Source: Hypanus sabinus
Taxonomy: Eukaryota
Reading direction: 5' to 3'
Length of the DNA: 62,084 bases
NCBI RefSeq assembly: GCF_030144855.1
Contig: NW_026781355.1
Location: forward strand, 310,001-372,084
The position numbers were made by a program, and so were the translations under genes. The notes beneath the pieces were generated by a model, which was not told the DNA's origin, made no database searches, and saw nothing but the letters and a program-made list of their open reading frames with translations. Position 1 is the stretch's first letter. Every line of letters starts with the position of its first letter. Below, piece after piece: positions 60,296-62,084 of this stretch.

Positions 60296-61190
60296 TGGTC
60301 GTTGGGGTTCCCTGGTCTCTCAGTCTGTTGGGATTCCCTAGTCTCTCAGTCTGTTGGGGTTCCCTGGTCTCTCAGTCTGTTGGGGTTCCCGGCTCTCTCA
60401 GTCTATTGGGGTTCCCTGGTCTCTCAGTCTGTTGGGGTTCCCTGGTCTCTCAGTCTGTTGGGGTTCCCTGGTCTCTCAGTCTATTGGGGTTCCCTGGTCT
60501 CTCAGTCTGTTGGGGTTCCCTGGTCTCTCAGTCCATTGGGGTTCCCTGGTCTCTCAGTCTGTTGGGATTCCCTAGTCTCTCAGTCTGTTGGGGTTCCCTG
60601 GTCTCTCAGTCTGTTGGGGTTCCCGGCTCTCTCAGTCTGTTGGGGTTCCCGGCTCTCTCAGTCTATTGGGGTTCCCTGGTCTCTCAGTCTGTTGGGGTTC
60701 CCGGGTCAATCAGTCTGTTGAAGTTCCCTGGTCTCTCAGTCTGTTGGGGTTCCCTGGTCTCTCCGTCTGTTGGGGTTCCCTGGTCTCTCAGTCTGTTGGG
60801 GTTCCCTGGTCTCTCCGTCTGTTGGGGTTCCCTGGTCTCTCCGTCTGTTGGGGTTCCCTGGTCTCTCAGTCTGTTGGGGTTCTCGGGGTCTCTCAGTCTG
60901 TTGGGGTTCCCTGGTTTCTCAGTCTGTTGGGGTTCCCTGGTCTCTCCATCTGTTGGGGTTCCCTGGTCTCTCAGTCTGTTGGGGTTCCCTGGTCTCTCAG
61001 ACTGTCGGGGTTCTCGGGTCTCTCAGTCTGTTGGGGTTCTCGGGTCTCTCAGTCTGTTGGGGTTCTCGGGTCTCTCAGTCTGTTGGGGTTCTCGGGTCTC
61101 TCCGTCTGTTGGGGTTCCCTGTTCTCTCAGTCTGTTGGGGTTCCCTGTTCTCTCCGTCTCTTGGGGTTCTCGGGTCCCTGTGGATTCCTG
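60296..61190. repeat. 26-bp minisatellite, about 34 copies
   Basis: ggggttccctggtctctcagtctgtt units (e.g. 60301, 60327), more degenerate toward the right. Confidence 0.95.
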
Positions 61191-61902
61191 AGTCTCCCTG
61201 CCTCTCGAGTTCCCCATGCCTCCCTCTTAAGTTTCCCAGGTCTCTCGAGTCATTCCTGGATCTCGAGGTTTCAGGTCTTCCTGGGCCATCAGCTGCCAGC
61301 TATAGGGAGGGGGTCCTGTCGTGACTTCTTCACGGCTTTGCAGGGCATCAGAGAGCATTGGGCTCAGAGGCCTTCAGAGCACCTGAATTGGCTAATTGTG
61401 GCTTAGCAACAATTATTAATGGTCCAAGAGTCCTTGTGTTTTTCTCGCTCTTTGTAATGCTGTTTCCTGGTGCTTTCTGTTTAAATTTGTTAAGTTTATT
61501 TTGTCAGCTCAGGGATTCTGTGTTAGTTTTATTGTTGAAGCAGATGCCCGATTAGCACCGATCGGTGGGTCCTCATTTTGAGATTGATTCATCTCACGGT
61601 GTTACTTGGTCGAGTTATTTCTGTAAAAGTTCTTGTTTCTGAATCTCCGTGGAAGTCTTTGGCTCCGATATTGGCAGTGTACACCATGGCACTTATCTAC
61701 CAGCATCACTGAAGGACATCTTGGACAAATCCCTCATTCGGGACTTCCAGTGGGCACAAGTCAGTGGCGCCTCAGGGGCTCCGCCTAGAGCGCGGGGCCC
61801 TGTCACAACCACGGATTTGGCAACGCAGGAGAAATGGCAATTGCGCTCATGAATATGCACGTGTCACCTAATTATTATTTCATTGTGATAGTATTTAACT
61901 CC

Positions 61903-62084
61903 TGCCACGCACCCCGTGACGGGTTAAAGAACCAGTAGAAATGGAAAACACATTTTGGAATCTGTGATTGCTATTAACTAATAGTGTTTATTAGTAAGTA
62001 CGCAATACAGTATGATAAATGCAGATATATCAAACAGGTTATCAATTATATATATATTTATACACACATAAGTGTGGAAATAGG
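61903..62084 (-). mobile_element. LTR of the same family as 5496-6070, cut by the window edge
   Basis: tgccacg..cccgtgacgggttaaagaaccag..aaatgcagatatatcaaac matches 5496-5640. Confidence 0.8.

Noticed and set aside
60262-61406. Long ORFs (up to 309 aa)
   Set aside because: Artefacts of a stop-poor 26-bp tandem repeat, open in several frames.
61250-61850. Unique-looking segment that might be another gene or a LINE ORF1
   Set aside because: No recognisable motif, ORF or splice pattern could be supported.

Overview
Eukaryotic (vertebrate) genomic DNA. The repeat content (abundant CR1 LINEs, Rex1/L2, HE1/V-SINE-like and Penelope-derived repeats) points to a cartilaginous fish, probably a batoid; this is inference. 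Most of the window is decayed transposable elements and minisatellites. Hidden among them is one + strand multi-exon gene (about 11,703-58,734), reconstructed by hand into a continuous 1,602-nt CDS (533 aa). It comprises a signal peptide, a Siglec-15-type V-set domain retaining the sialic-acid-binding Arg, two nearly identical unusual V domains created by a recent 4.4-kb tandem duplication, an uncharged TM helix, and a cytoplasmic tail with three tyrosine motifs (FTYANI, CTYATI, VIYAEV). Two of those motifs come from a duplicated 78-nt exon. This is an inhibitory-type V-V-V Ig receptor that does not match the canonical Siglec or Siglec-15 layout. Other notable items: a TIR/TSD-complete hAT transposon, a young 5'-truncated L1 with a 14-bp TSD, several solo LTRs with TSDs, Penelope-type minimal hammerhead ribozyme motifs, and several minisatellites, one carrying a phase-compatible micro-exon in each unit. 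No database searches were run. TE family names rest on motif recognition, and TE boundaries without a TSD are approximate.
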